Assembly: GCA_963773875.1 (NCBI GenBank)
Contig: CAVZCV010000020.1
Location: 294,818 to 358,817, forward strand
Reading direction: 5' to 3'
DNA from: Pirellulales bacterium
GTDB taxonomy: Bacteria; Planctomycetota; Planctomycetia; Pirellulales; JADZDJ01
DNA length: 64,000 nt
The position numbers and the translations under genes are program-made. This document shows positions 43,978 to 56,912 of the stretch, piece after piece (within the stretch, counting starts at the first letter, position 1; each line of letters begins with the position of its first letter). The notes beneath the pieces were generated by a model, which saw only the letters and a list, made by a program, of their open reading frames with translations, was not told where the DNA came from and did not search any database.

Positions 43978-44530
43978 ATGGGAACTTTCCGCTGTTTAAT
44001 GATTGCCGCGACCTCAATTGCAGTCGGCTGCGCAAATTGGGCGACCGCCGCCGAACCCGTCGCGATCAATCCGGTCGGCAAGCCCAAAGGGTTTGGGGCT
44101 GGCAAACAAACCGAGTATGCCATTTGGTATGGCGATGGCACATGGCACATTCGCGCGACTACCGTCAAAGGCACAAAAGTGCGATTCAGCGGCTCTGTCC
44201 TTGTTGAGGGTGGACAGTTTGTCGGCGGCGACTTCGATCAGCTCGAGAATACGAAGCGTCGCACCGCCAGTTCCGACTGGGCCGCCATCGATCGGTCGGC
44301 CAAGGAATTGCGATTCATCTTCGGCAACGCCGGTGGCCGCGATGGAGTCGATTTCCAGGTAAGCGAAACGGCACGTGCGGTTCGCTTCGCACCGCTACTG
44401 GGGTCCGACACCAGTCCACAAAACGTGCTGATCGGTCGCAGCGGTGCGCATCCGGCGACAGTGCCGTTTGAACTTCCGGCGCATCCCGACGAAACTCCAG
44501 ATCCGCCTGCCAAGAAAAAAAAGAAGGCCA

Positions 44531-44538
<8 letters not shown>
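43978..44538 (+). CDS. Secreted hypothetical protein
   Basis: Signal-like N-terminus, Lys-rich tail, overlaps the fumC start. Confidence 0.65.
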
Positions 44539-45954
<1,416 letters not shown>

Positions 45955-46048
45955 TTTGCATTGCCCATTTAGTCCATCCGTCCCGGTTGGACGTTTGCCA
46001 ATTTCCAGATTCGAGAAGTTCAATCGCACTTTTACATGGAGGTCCCAC

Positions 46049-47199
46049 ATGCGATCGGCTCACTCGCCCCGGTCGTTCGTTATCATTTCTTTGTTTCTCG
46101 CATCCGTGGTTTTGGTCAGCGGGCAAACTGTGCGTGGGCAGGCCACTGTCGGCCCGCAAGTGCCGGCCGGTCCCGCTTTGTCCGAAGGTCCGCAGCAGGA
46201 TTCGAAAAAGTCGCTCAGCCCGGCCGATCAAACCATCAAGGATGCGTTTCAAAAGTCAAAGAACGCGGCCACAATCGATGACTTTAGCGCTATCGTTAGT
46301 CTCTGTCAGGACGGATTGATGCAAGGCGCAACCGGCGAAAGCGCCGCATATGCCAAAAAGCTCCAAGCCTGGCGCTGAATAAGCGAGGCGAGAAGCAGGC
46401 CGACTCAGCGAACGACAAGCAAGCGCTCGAAGATTTTGAAGCAGCCATCAAGCTGGACCCGAAACTTTGGAAAGCCATTCACAACCGCGGAGTGAGTCGC
46501 GCCGGTTTGGGCGACGTTCCCGGGGCGCTTTCTGACTTCGACCAAGTCATTCGCTTGAATCCCGACTATGCCAACGTGTGGTATAACCGTGGTGAACTCA
46601 AATATGATCAAGGCGACTTCGCCGGCGCTTTGGCCGATTACAACCGCGCCATCGGCATCCAGCCGCGCGATGCGGGCTACTATAACAGTCGCGGGCACAC
46701 GAATTACCGGCTGGGTCGATTCAATCAGGCACTGGCCGATTACAACCGTGCCGTGGCAATCGATCCGAACAATGCGGCGGCGCTGGTGAACCGTGGCGAC
46801 GCTTACCGGGAACAAGCGATCTACGGACCGGCGGCGACCGATTATCGGGAAGCAATTCGGCTCGATCCAAAACTTGGCCGAGCGTATTTAAGTGCAGCGT
46901 GGCTGATGGCCACATGCCCTGATCAACGGTTTCGGAATCCGCAATTGGCCGTCGAATCAGCGAAGAAGGCGATTGAGCTGAACGGCGACAAAGATTACCG
47001 ATACCTCGACACGTTGGCCGCCGCGCACGCGAACGCGGGAGACTTTGATACGGCGAAGTCAGTTGCAAGCAAAGCCGTGAGCATCGCCCCGCCAAAAGAG
47101 ATGGCCAACGTCCGCCAGCGGCTGGAACTATATCAAAGCGGCCGGGCGTATCGGGAAGGTGCCCCGGCGGAGCCAGTACGGGCGGCGAGTGCGAAATAA
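46049..47199 (+). CDS. Secreted TPR protein (frameshift near 46370)
   Basis: NRG..A..DY..AI..DP repeats and AWLMATCPD..YLDTLAAA. Confidence 0.85.
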
Positions 47200-47209
47200 T
47201 CGCAGCCGT

Positions 47210-47971
47210 TCACATTAGCCACCAGTTATCGCTCGCCGCTACATACACGCCAAGCAATAAATTGGTGATGGCATGCGCCATTACGCAGTCCCAGATATTG
47301 CGTGTGCGCACCATCAGCCAGGTAATCAGCGAAAACCAAACAAGCGCCGCCACCGCTTCCTGCGGATGCATCAGCACTGGTACCGCCGTACCCACAATCA
47401 CCGCTGTCCGATTTACTTCGCCAAATGGCACTTCCGACCAGCGGTCTTTCATCACGTAGCGCATCAAAAAACCACGCAGAAAGAATTCTTCGATCACGGG
47501 AACGACGAAGCAAAGTCCGACCATTCGCAGTCCGAAGAGCGCACGGCGAACAAGCTCGCTGCTTCCATTTTGATCATCTAGCCAATTGAGTCCGCTGCGC
47601 TGGCCTAGCGACCGAAACCATTCGATTCCCGTCGCATCTGCCAGTCGCGGCATCCAGCCATGCTGCCAGACGGCGAGCGCAATCCAAATCAACGCTCCAA
47701 TGGTTCCCACAATCAGCGAAAGAAAATGCACAAGCCGTGGATGTTCTCGGTAGCTGGGCCAAACGAAAATCATCGCGGCCAGGGTAAGCGCAATCTTGGC
47801 CGAGTAGACTGTTATATAATTCTGCCGGTATTCGACGAGGGCCTTGTTGTCTTGCGGGCCATCCGCATTGACCGCTGCAGGTGGCGACGGCTCCAGACTG
47901 CCGATGAGCATAAACGTCACGAACGGCAGCAAATAGACTAGCCACGGATTTTGGCGTAACGATGGGTTCAT
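47210..47971 (-). CDS. CPBP/CAAX prenyl protease-related intramembrane protease
   Basis: VPVIEEFFLRGFL, LMH and AHAITN motifs; multiple TM helices. Confidence 0.9.
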   Translation of the reverse strand: MNPSLRQNPWLVYLLPFVTFMLIGSLEPSPPAAVNADGPQDNKALVEYRQNYITVYSAKIALTLAAMIFVWPSYREHPRLVHFLSLIVGTIGALIWIALAVWQHGWMPRLADATGIEWFRSLGQRSGLNWLDDQNGSSELVRRALFGLRMVGLCFVVPVIEEFFLRGFLMRYVMKDRWSEVPFGEVNRTAVIVGTAVPVLMHPQEAVAALVWFSLITWLMVRTRNIWDCVMAHAITNLLLGVYVAASDNWWLM

Positions 47972-49047
47972 TCTTGGGCCACGAATGATTTGAAACGATT
48001 TGATTCGAAGCTCTCAAACCGCGATGCCGAATCGACAGGTTCACCGCTAGTGTCGTTCTGTCGCATCACAAACGCTGCTGCGCCCGGCGTGGCTTCGATC
48101 AGCTTGAAGCCTTCTTCAGGTCCCAGCACGCAGATTGGCTTCGTATAGCTATCGGCCATCGTGCAATCGGGCGCGATGACCGTGACGGCAGCACGACCGC
48201 TGACGCCTAAACCAGTGCGAGGATCGATGACATGCGAATATCGCTTGCCGTTGAGTTCCACCGCTTGAAACGCATCGCCCGACGTGGTGATGGCGTAATT
48301 CTTCAATTGCACAAAACGTTCCGGCGGTCCTTCGCCGGATGGCGGCTCGATGCCGATGCGCCAGCCTTTCGTTCCTGGCGGTGAATCGCTGACTCCGATG
48401 TCGCCGCTGGCATCGATAAGGGCACTCGTAATGCCTTCGCGCTTGAGTACCTTCAGCGCTTCATCAACGCCGTAGCCCATGCCAATGCCTCCGGCGTCGA
48501 GTCGCATTCCATCCTTCAGCAACCGCGCAGTGTGTGCGTGCGGATCGAGCCGTAGCGCGCGATAATCAGTCGCTTCCCGCGCAGTCATTAACAGTTTGCG
48601 ATCTGGAAATTCTTTTTCTCGGCGCGCTCGCCGCCACAACTTTGTCAACGGGCCGATCGTGATATCGAACGCGCCATTTGATTTTTCGGAGAGTCGCTGC
48701 GAAAACTCGAGCACCCGCCATAAATCGTCGCTCACATGAACGGGTTCTGCCGTCGGCGCCGTTGCGCTCAGTCGACTCAGTTCGCTGGTCGGCTCGTAGT
48801 CGCTCAAAACTCGATTCAACTCTTCGATTCGCTCATACGCTGCTTTCGATGCGCGGTTTGCGACCGCTTTATTGACTGCATATAATACGATCTTCCACGG
48901 AGCTCCCATGTGGTTTTCGGTGAAAGTGAACCGCTGGAGACCGGGCGCGTTTTGCTCGCCAGCCAGCACCGCGGAGCCTGATGCAACCAATGTGATTGCA
49001 GTAAGTGCTAGAGCGACCGCAGCGTTGCGTTTTCGCAGAGATTTCAT
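47968..49047 (-). CDS. apbE: FAD:protein FMN transferase ApbE
   Basis: MG, FDITIGPL..W, LDAGGIGMGY, TTSGD, YSHVIDPRTG and AD motifs. Confidence 0.93.
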   Translation of the reverse strand: MKSLRKRNAAVALALTAITLVASGSAVLAGEQNAPGLQRFTFTENHMGAPWKIVLYAVNKAVANRASKAAYERIEELNRVLSDYEPTSELSRLSATAPTAEPVHVSDDLWRVLEFSQRLSEKSNGAFDITIGPLTKLWRRARREKEFPDRKLLMTAREATDYRALRLDPHAHTARLLKDGMRLDAGGIGMGYGVDEALKVLKREGITSALIDASGDIGVSDSPPGTKGWRIGIEPPSGEGPPERFVQLKNYAITTSGDAFQAVELNGKRYSHVIDPRTGLGVSGRAAVTVIAPDCTMADSYTKPICVLGPEEGFKLIEATPGAAAFVMRQNDTSGEPVDSASRFESFESNRFKSFVAQE

Positions 49048-49048
49048 A

Positions 49049-49149
49049 TTGAACCGCGGAATTCGCGCATCACACGGAGGGTTCAAAAGTTTTTGAGCTG
49101 CAGTTGTGACAAAAGTTATCCGCGTTCATCCGCGCAGAACTGCGGTCAA
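49049..49149. repeat. REP-like imperfect inverted repeat (AACCGCGGA / ATCCGCGTTCATCCGCG type)
   Basis: ttgaaccgcggaattcgcgcatcacacgga ... atccgcgttcatccgcgcagaactgcggtcaa. Confidence 0.5.
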
Positions 49150-49183
49150 TCCATTCTAATCTGCAAATAAGATTTCCCATCAA

Positions 49184-50305
49184 ATGTGCTTGAGTACCTT
49201 AGTTCATCGATCGCTTTGCTTGCAACGCCCACTGGCAATTATCGCGATCGCATGCATTGTGATCGCCGAGTCGCGCACCGCCGACCCTGCCAGCACGGAC
49301 GTGCCCAATGCGAAAGCTTCAACGGCTGCGGAGATGAAGCCCTACTCCGAAGTGATTGGCAACACCGATGTGAAATTTCCGTTGGTGCCGATTCCCGGCG
49401 GCAAGTTCGTCATGGGCAGCCCCGCGAGCGAGTCGGGACACAAACCCGATGAAGGCCCGCAGCACGAAGTCGACATCGACCCATTCTGGATGGAAGCGCA
49501 CGAAGTCACTTGGGACGAGTACGAAGTGTTCATGTACACGATGGACATCGAGCGCCGAAAAAATTTGGATATCAAAGCCAGCGACAACGACAAACAGGCC
49601 GATGCTCTGGCTCGACCCACGAAGCCCTATACCGACATGACATTCGGCATGGGCAAAGACGGTTACCCGGCCATCAGCATGACACATTTTGCAGCCCGCA
49701 TGTATTGCAAGTGGCTGAGCGCGAAGACCGGCCGCTTCTACCGCCTACCAACCGAAGCCGAATGGGAATACGCTTGCCGCGCGGGCACCAAAACGGCGTA
49801 TTCATTCGGCGAGGATGCGTCGAAGCTCGGCGATTACGCGTGGTTCACTGGCAACAGCGACGATCACTATCACAAAGTCGCTTTGAAAACGCCGAATCCT
49901 TGGGGCCTCTTCGATATGCACGGCAACGCGACCGAATGGGTGCTCGATGCGTACATTGCCGACTTCTACGAGCAATTCAAGAACCGCGTCGAGCCGGCCG
50001 GCATTTTTGCCGCCACGACGAAAATGTATCCGCACGTGGTTCGCGGCGGCTCTTGGGACGATGATCCCGAAGCCCTGCGCAGCGCCGCCCGCCGCGCCTC
50101 GAACAAAGATTGGAAGCAGCAAGATCCGCAGCTGCCGCAAAGTGTGTGGTACTTCACCGATGCGCAGTTCGTCGGCTTCCGCGTCATTCGCCCCCTGCGG
50201 GAACCGAGCGAAGCAGAAAGACAAAAGGTCTGGGACGCCGGCCTGGAGGCCGAAAGTGAAGGCGCCCGCATCGTTTGGCCGCTAGGCGAGCCGGGGAAGA
50301 AATGA
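49184..50305 (+). CDS. Secreted FGE-sulfatase (SUMF1-fold) protein lacking the catalytic cysteines
   Basis: F.MGS, EVT, RLPTEAEWEYACRAG, NPWGLFDMHGN..EW, RGGSW and GFR; no Cys pair after RGGSW. Confidence 0.9.
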   Translation: MCLSTLVHRSLCLQRPLAIIAIACIVIAESRTADPASTDVPNAKASTAAEMKPYSEVIGNTDVKFPLVPIPGGKFVMGSPASESGHKPDEGPQHEVDIDPFWMEAHEVTWDEYEVFMYTMDIERRKNLDIKASDNDKQADALARPTKPYTDMTFGMGKDGYPAISMTHFAARMYCKWLSAKTGRFYRLPTEAEWEYACRAGTKTAYSFGEDASKLGDYAWFTGNSDDHYHKVALKTPNPWGLFDMHGNATEWVLDAYIADFYEQFKNRVEPAGIFAATTKMYPHVVRGGSWDDDPEALRSAARRASNKDWKQQDPQLPQSVWYFTDAQFVGFRVIRPLREPSEAERQKVWDAGLEAESEGARIVWPLGEPGKK

Positions 50306-50608
50306 AAGTGCGACACAACCGGGCAATTGTGAGCGAAAAAATGGGGCCCCCTGCGAATTGCGCGCAATTCCAGAGTACGATTTGGCTCGAGAAATTGTGG
50401 GCGATCAGCGCGTTCGCATCCGACGTCGTTGCGTATTGGCTGCGACAATATTGCCCCAATCCGGTGCGTCAACGACGACCAATCCCGCGAATTCTTGCGA
50501 TTTTCTCGGGCTGCGGGTAAGCTCGCGATATCGAGGGGAGCTAGTTAGTGCGACAAAATTGACGGCGACCAATCGATCGCCGCTGGACCTTATCACGGGA
50601 GTAAAGCC

Positions 50609-51956
50609 ATGAGCGAAAATAATCAGGTGGTCAAACCAATCGAACCTTCACGCCGCGAGTTCTTAAAGACATCGGGCGTTGTGATGGGCGGTGCGCTGGC
50701 CGCTTCTCTCAACGTCGCTCGGCAAGCGCACGCGGCGGCGATTGACGACACGATCAAAATTGCCCTCATCGGCTGTGGCGGACGTGGCAGCGGCGCAGCC
50801 GGCCAGGCGCTGGCAACTGCGGGTAGCGTGAAGCTTATCGCGATGGCCGACGCGTTCCAGGATCGGCTCGATCAGAGTCTCAACAACCTTAAGAAGGAAG
50901 CAGCAGGGAAAGTCGATGTCCCAAAAGATCGACAGTTCGTCGGTTTTGACGCTTATCAAAAAGCATTGGCCACGGAATGCGATTTGGTAATCCTTGCCAC
51001 CCCGCCGGGATTTCGACCCATCCATTTCGATGCGGCCGTCCAAGCCGGAAAGCACATTTTTATGGAAAAACCTGTCGCGACTGATCCGGCGGGAGTCCGC
51101 AAGGTTTTGAATGCCGCCGCGGAAGCGAAGAAGAAGAATTTGGCGGTCGGCGTCGGATTGCAGCGACGACATCAAGCGGGCTACCTCGAAACTATCAAGC
51201 GATTACAAGACGGCGAAATCGGCGACATTGTGGCCATCGCGCGTGTACTGGAATGGCGATCGTCCTTGGAAGCACAAACGGTCCGATTTGGAAAGCCACG
51301 AGCCAAAAGAAGCTATCTGAAATGGAATATCAGATGCGCAACTGGTACTACTTTGTCTGGCTGTGCGGCGATCATATTGTGGAGCAGCACATCCACAACC
51401 TCGATGTTTCCAATTGGGTCAAAAACGCGCATCCTGTCAAAGCAATCGGCATGGGCGGCTCGCAAAAGCCGCGCGATCCGGACGATGGGGAAATTTTCGA
51501 TCATCACTTCGTCGAATTCGAATACCCTGATGGCTCCCGGACTTTCAGCCAGTGTCGGCACATTCCCGGCTGCTGGGGAAGCGTTTCGGAACATGTTCAA
51601 GGCACCAAAGGCATTGCTACGGTGAGCAGCTTCGATATTCGCCCAACCGGAGCCGGTGCTTGGAAATATCGCGGTCCCACGCCGAATCCGTATCAGGTCG
51701 AACACGACGATCTATTCGCCGCCATCCGTGAAGGTAAGCCTTACAACGAGGCGGAGACAGGGCGCATAGCACGATGACCGCGATTCTCGGGCGAATTGCC
51801 ACATACAGCGGGCGCGAAGTCAGCTGGGATTCCGCGATCAACAGCAACGTCAGCATTATGCCCGCCGAATTCACTTGGGATTCCAGCCCGCCAGTGCTTC
51901 CGGGACCAAATGGCATGTACCCCCAGGCAATCCCGGGGCTATCGAAAGTGGTTTGA
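50609..51956 (+). CDS. Tat-exported Gfo/Idh/MocA oxidoreductase (frameshifts near 51237 and 51755)
   Basis: SRREFLK, IGCGGRG, ATPPGFR, FMEKP, NWYYF and EQHIHNLD. Confidence 0.92.
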
Positions 51957-51983
51957 GTTTATCCGCGGCCATCCAAAAATCTT

Positions 51984-52030
51984 GCCCACGGACTCGCTCC
52001 GCGAAGCGCAAGCTTGTCCGTGGGTTTTTA
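51984..52030. repeat. REP-like hairpin / terminator
   Basis: CCCACGGAC ... GTCCGTGGG followed by TTTTT. Confidence 0.6.
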
Positions 52031-52047
52031 ATTGCACTTGAAAATCT

Positions 52048-52117
52048 TTGACAACGCTGCGCGAATCGCCTATGGTGATAGCAGCAACAACAAGTTCGAA
52101 GCTTTGATTTCGATCAG
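52048..52117 (+). promoter_or_regulatory. Sigma70 promoter for the PFOR operon with a downstream FNR-like box
   Basis: TTGACA-17 bp-TATGGT (52048-52076); TTGAT-TTCG-ATCAG (52104-52117). Confidence 0.6.
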
Positions 52118-52310
52118 TCTCTTTTCTCTCCCGGTTCTGCAACACGGCCTGTTTGAATTTTCCCGCTTCGTGCGGGGTTACTCCCGCGCGGTGCGTTAAC
52201 GGAGTTTAGGTCGTTTGAGTGAACCACACGTCCCATGGGACGCGTGCTCGTGGAGATTGTTGTTTCGCCGCGTGCAATTAACAGCACGCTTCGCGCTTCT
52301 GGAGCTAATC

Positions 52311-54318
52311 ATGATTGATCGCGCTGGATCGATTGGCGGCAATGGATCCTCTGCCAGCGTTCACGACCAGGTTTCGTCAGATCAGCAGACGATCCCGTAC
52401 CCGGGCGTTCCGACGACTTGCGATGGTGCGGAAGCGGTGGTGCATGTGGAGATCAACGTCACGCAAGGCGCTGGCGCATTTCCAATCACCAGTTCCACGA
52501 CGATGGGTGGCGGCTACAACAGTGCCGTGATGAATGGCTGGAAGAATCTTTGGGGCGATTCGCTTCTGTTCGTCGAGCCGGAGAGTGAACACTCGGCCGC
52601 CTCATTCTGCGAAGGCTTCGCTGCGGCCGGCGGACGGGTAACGAACTTCACTTCGGGCCAGGGGCTCGTTCTGATGAAGGAAGTGCTTTACACCATTTCT
52701 GGCAAGCGGCTGCCGGTTGTCATGAACATCGCGCGCGGGCACTTACGAGCCACTCCCTGAACGTGCACGCCGGCCATGACGACTTAATGAGCGTCGCCGA
52801 TTGCGGCTGGGGAATGTTATTCGGCCGGAATGCTCAGGAAGCGGGCGATTTATGTTTGATTTCCCGTCGCGCGGCGGAATCTTCGTCGACTCCGTTTTTC
52901 AACGTGCAGGACGGCTTCCTGACCACGCACACCGTCGAAAAGGTTCGACTGCCGGAAAAAGAGTTCATGAAACAGTACATCGGCAGTCCAACGGAAAAAC
53001 TCGTCAATCTGATGGATCCGGCCAACCCGATGATGTCGGGCGTCGTGCAAAATCAAGATTCGTACATGAAGGGCAAGATTGCCCAGCGCTGGTATTACGA
53101 CCGAGTCGGCGCCGGCTCTCCGCGAAGCCTTCGATGAGATTCACAAAAACACTGGCCGCAAGTACGACTTTGTGATGCCTTACCGCTGTGAAGATGCGGA
53201 GTTCATCATCGTCGGCATGGGCTGTTACATGGAAACGTGCGAAGCAACGGTCGACTATCTGCGAGAAAGCGGAATTCCGGTTGGTTGCTTGAACATCTGT
53301 TGCTTCCGTCCGTTTCCCGCGCGGCAAGTTGTCGAAGTCGCTGCGCAATTGCCAGGCCTTCAGCGTGCTGGAGCGTATGGATGACCCGCTTTCAACAACG
53401 GGCAATCATCTGACGCGTGAGATCAAGGCTGCGTTCTGCGATGCAATCACCGGCCAGAACGGCCAAGAACACTTGCTCCGCGTGCCCAAGATCTACTCCG
53501 GATCGGCGGGACTCGGCAGCCGCGACGTGCGGCCTGGCGATATCATTGCGGTCGTCGAAAACATGATGGAAGACGGGCAAGATTACTTCTGCGTGGGAAT
53601 CGACCATGCGCTGGCATTGAAAGTGACCGATGATCCCGATTTGCGCGAACCCGGCACATTCTCGATGCGCGGCCACAGCATCGGCGGCTTCGGCTCCGTG
53701 ACGACGAACAAAGTCATCGCCACGATCGGCGGCGATGTATTCGGCAAAGACGTGCAGGCGTATCCGAAGTACGGCTCGGAAAAGAAAGGGCTGCCGACGA
53801 CTTATTACCTGACGATTGCCGACCGCCACATTTATCTGCATAGCGAGCTGGAATATGTAGACCTCGTTGTGCTTAACGACACGACGGCACTTTTCAGCGG
53901 CAATCCGCTCGTCGGTTTGGTTCCAGGCGGGGCGATCATCATGCAATCGACGTACTCCGAACCGCACGACGTTTGGCAACGCATTCCAGAGCATCACAAA
54001 GACACGATTCGTGAGCGAAGGCTGCGCGTTTACTATGCCGACATGGTGCAAATTGCCCGCGAAGTTGCCAGCGTCGCCGACTTGCAGATGCGAATGCAAG
54101 GCATCGTTCTGCTTGGGGCATTCCTTAAGCTCACTCCATACGGCCGCCAAAGCGGCATGACGGACGCAGAGGTTTACGCCGGCGTCGAGAAGGCGCTGCG
54201 AAAATACTTTGGCAAACGCGGCGATCGCGTGGTGCAAGACAATTTGAAATGCGTAACGCGCGGTTACGAAGAACTGCGGGAAGTTCCGCAGGAGATGTTG
54301 GAAATGTCTGTGGTATGA
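52311..54318 (+). CDS. Pyruvate(2-oxoacid):ferredoxin oxidoreductase alpha+gamma subunit (frameshifts near 52735, 53110 and 53335)
   Basis: FPITSST, ESEHSA, FTSGQGL, HAGHDD, QDGFLTTH, SIGGFG..TNK and YGSEKKG. Confidence 0.9.
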
Positions 54319-56274
54319 ACAAAACTGAATCGATTGATCGTAAAGCCGAGGAATTCATGGCGACTGATACCAAAACGTTTTCGATGAACGCAGCGAATCC
54401 GCGGGATCCATTCAATAACAATTCCTACGGAACGCTCGTCGATTCTGACTATAAACAGGTCCGGCTGCCGATCCTGGACGTCAACGATTTCAATGAGCGC
54501 ATCATCCGCTGTTACGAGGAAGGCGATGCGGAAAAGGGTCTGCCGGCTGATCTTTCAGTGGCGCGATCGCTGATTCCCGCCGGCACCGCCACGCTGCGCG
54601 ATTTCAGTTACATCGCACCAGATATCCCGGAATATATCCCCAACAACTGCACGGGCTGCATGGATTGCGTCACGCTCTGCCCCGACACGGCCATTCTGGG
54701 GAAAGTCCTGGGTGAAAGCGAATTCGAAAAGCGCGTGCAAGCGATATCGGATCCGGGGGAGCGCGAAGACCTTTCGCCAGCAGTGGTCGAAAACCCGGAA
54801 GTATTACGAAGGCCCGGCAAAGAAAGTCGGCGAAGGCGGGCTGTTTTCGATCATGATCGATCCCAGCAAATGCAAGGGTTGCGCAGAGTGCGTGACCGTG
54901 TGCGACGACCTGGCGCTGAAAATGATTCCGAAGACCGAGCAGGTGATGACAAATGTCCGAAAGAGCCATCGCTGGTTCAAGCAAGTCGGTCCGTCCGATG
55001 AACGCTACGTCAGCGACAACTTGCTGGTCGACATGATGCTCAAAGAAAAGACGCATATCTACACGGGCGGTGCAGGCAGCTGTGCCGGCTGCGGCGAGGG
55101 AACGGCGCTGCGAATGATGTGCGCCGCCACCGGGGCGAAGTATGGCGACGATTGGGCCATCGTCGCCGCCACGGGGTGCAATACGGTTTACACTTCTACG
55201 TACCCGTACAATCCATATCTGGTGCCGTGGACGAACTCGCTATTTGAAAACGCCCCGGCGATGGCGATGGGCGTACGCGCCCGCTGGGATCAACTGGGCT
55301 GGGGTCACAAGCCGATTTGGTGCCTCGGCGGTGACGGCGCCATGTTCGACATCGGCTTTCAGGCGCTTTCGCGCATGCTGGCCTCCGGCATGAACATCAA
55401 AATCTTCGTGCTCGACACGCAGGTCTATTCCAACACCGGTGGGCAAGCTTCCACATCGAGCTACACTGGCCAGAACACCAAGATGAGCGTGCATGGCAAG
55501 GTCATCGCTGGGAAGCAGGAGCGACGCAAGGAGATCGCTCAGATTGCCATGATGCATCCACGTACGTTTGTGGCTCAAACGACATGTGCTCACGTCAATC
55601 ATTTCTACCGAAGTGTGCTTGATGCCCTGGATTTCGACGGCCCGGCAGTCGTGTGCTGCTACACGACCTGCCAGCCCGAGCACGGTGTGGCCGATAACAT
55701 GGCGACCGATCAAGCCCGGCTCGCCGTTGATACGCGAGCATTTCCACTGTTGATTTACGATCCCCGCAAGGGCGATACGATTCGCGAACACCTTTCGCTA
55801 CAAGGAAATCCGGCCGTTTCTGAAGATTGGTGGACGAACCCAAAGACGGGCGACGTTGTCGATTTCATCGAGTTTGCTCGCAGCGAAGGCCGCTTTGCCA
55901 AGCATTTTGATAAGGACGGCAATCCCAGCGAGACGCTGCTGCGAGCCAAGGCCGATCGGCTGGAAAATTGGCACCTGCTGCAAGAGCTGGCTGGCGTGCG
56001 TGGCGGAAAAGCAGCCGCGAAGCCGGCAGTTGACAAAACCAACGCTGCAAAGAAGCCGGTGGCAAACGGTCGTGCCAGTAACGGCGAATCGGCCATGTTA
56101 TCGGTTGGCGCCGAGATCAAGTACCGTGATCGAGATACGACAACTTGGATCACGGGTGTCATCGAGTCGCTCGAACCGCCAGTGCTTTCGCTCGATGACG
56201 ACACCGAAATTCGAACTACTACCGAAGCGCTTTCCGCCGGCATCGCGGAAGGAATTGTTGTCGCCAATGATTGA
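54315..56274 (+). CDS. Pyruvate(2-oxoacid):ferredoxin oxidoreductase delta+beta subunit (2x4Fe-4S, TPP) with C-terminal extension; frameshift near 54765
   Basis: CTGCMDCVTLCP, CKGCAECVTVC, GSCAGCGE, ATGC, NSLFEN, GGDGAMFDIG and VYSNTGGQ. Confidence 0.92.
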
Positions 56275-56363
56275 TTGACCACGCTCAATCTGAGGAGTTG
56301 CAACCCTCGGCTAGGCTCGAACGCATCCACACACGAACCCGTTCAATTCTGGAAGGAGCCCAC

Positions 56364-56650
56364 ATGCATGCGTTTCATCACGGCGAGTTGTTGATTGGCG
56401 GAATGGCGCTGCGCCATTTGCACGGCGAGCTGGAGCAGGAAGAGCCGCTGACCGATTCCAGCTGCTGGCGATTGGCTGGTAAGCTAAAAGTTTCCGACAA
56501 ACATCAAAGCCAGCTGGAACTTGAACGACAATACTTGCTGCGCGTAGACGATGGCCGTGAAGGGATGGTTGAACTAACGCGTGTCACAGAATCGGACGAG
56601 GGATTGGAAGCCGATTTCCGCCCACGTTCGCTGCCGCCGCAGCTCAGCGC
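56364..56650 (+). CDS. Small hypothetical protein (3' end uncertain)
   Basis: GAAGGAG RBS before ATG 56364; globular-looking MHAFHHGELL..ADFRP; frame continues antisense through the HTH genes. Confidence 0.55.
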
Positions 56651-56898
56651 ATCCGAACGAACCGCGCGTAGCCTGGACCATGCCCGTAGAGATGTTGAAT
56701 GGGCGTGGCATGTCCCCAAACAATTTCGTCGACGGGCAAATCGAAAACTGCTGCAATCTTTTGCCGTTCCGCAGGGCTTGGCGTCCAGCGGCGCATCGCA
56801 ATCGCTTTCACGCGCTGCTCATCCAAGCCTGATCGATCGACGAGTTGCTCGATCGATATCTGCTGCGCCACACACAATTCTTCGACCGTCGATGGCAT
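56644..56898 (-). CDS. Small XRE-like HTH protein, paralogue 2
   Basis: HTH-like helices; RWTPSPAERQKIAAVF..PVDEIVWGH. Confidence 0.8.
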   Translation of the reverse strand: MPSTVEELCVAQQISIEQLVDRSGLDEQRVKAIAMRRWTPSPAERQKIAAVFDLPVDEIVWGHATPIQHLYGHGPGYARFVRMR

Positions 56899-56912
56899 TT
56901 GACGTTACAAGA

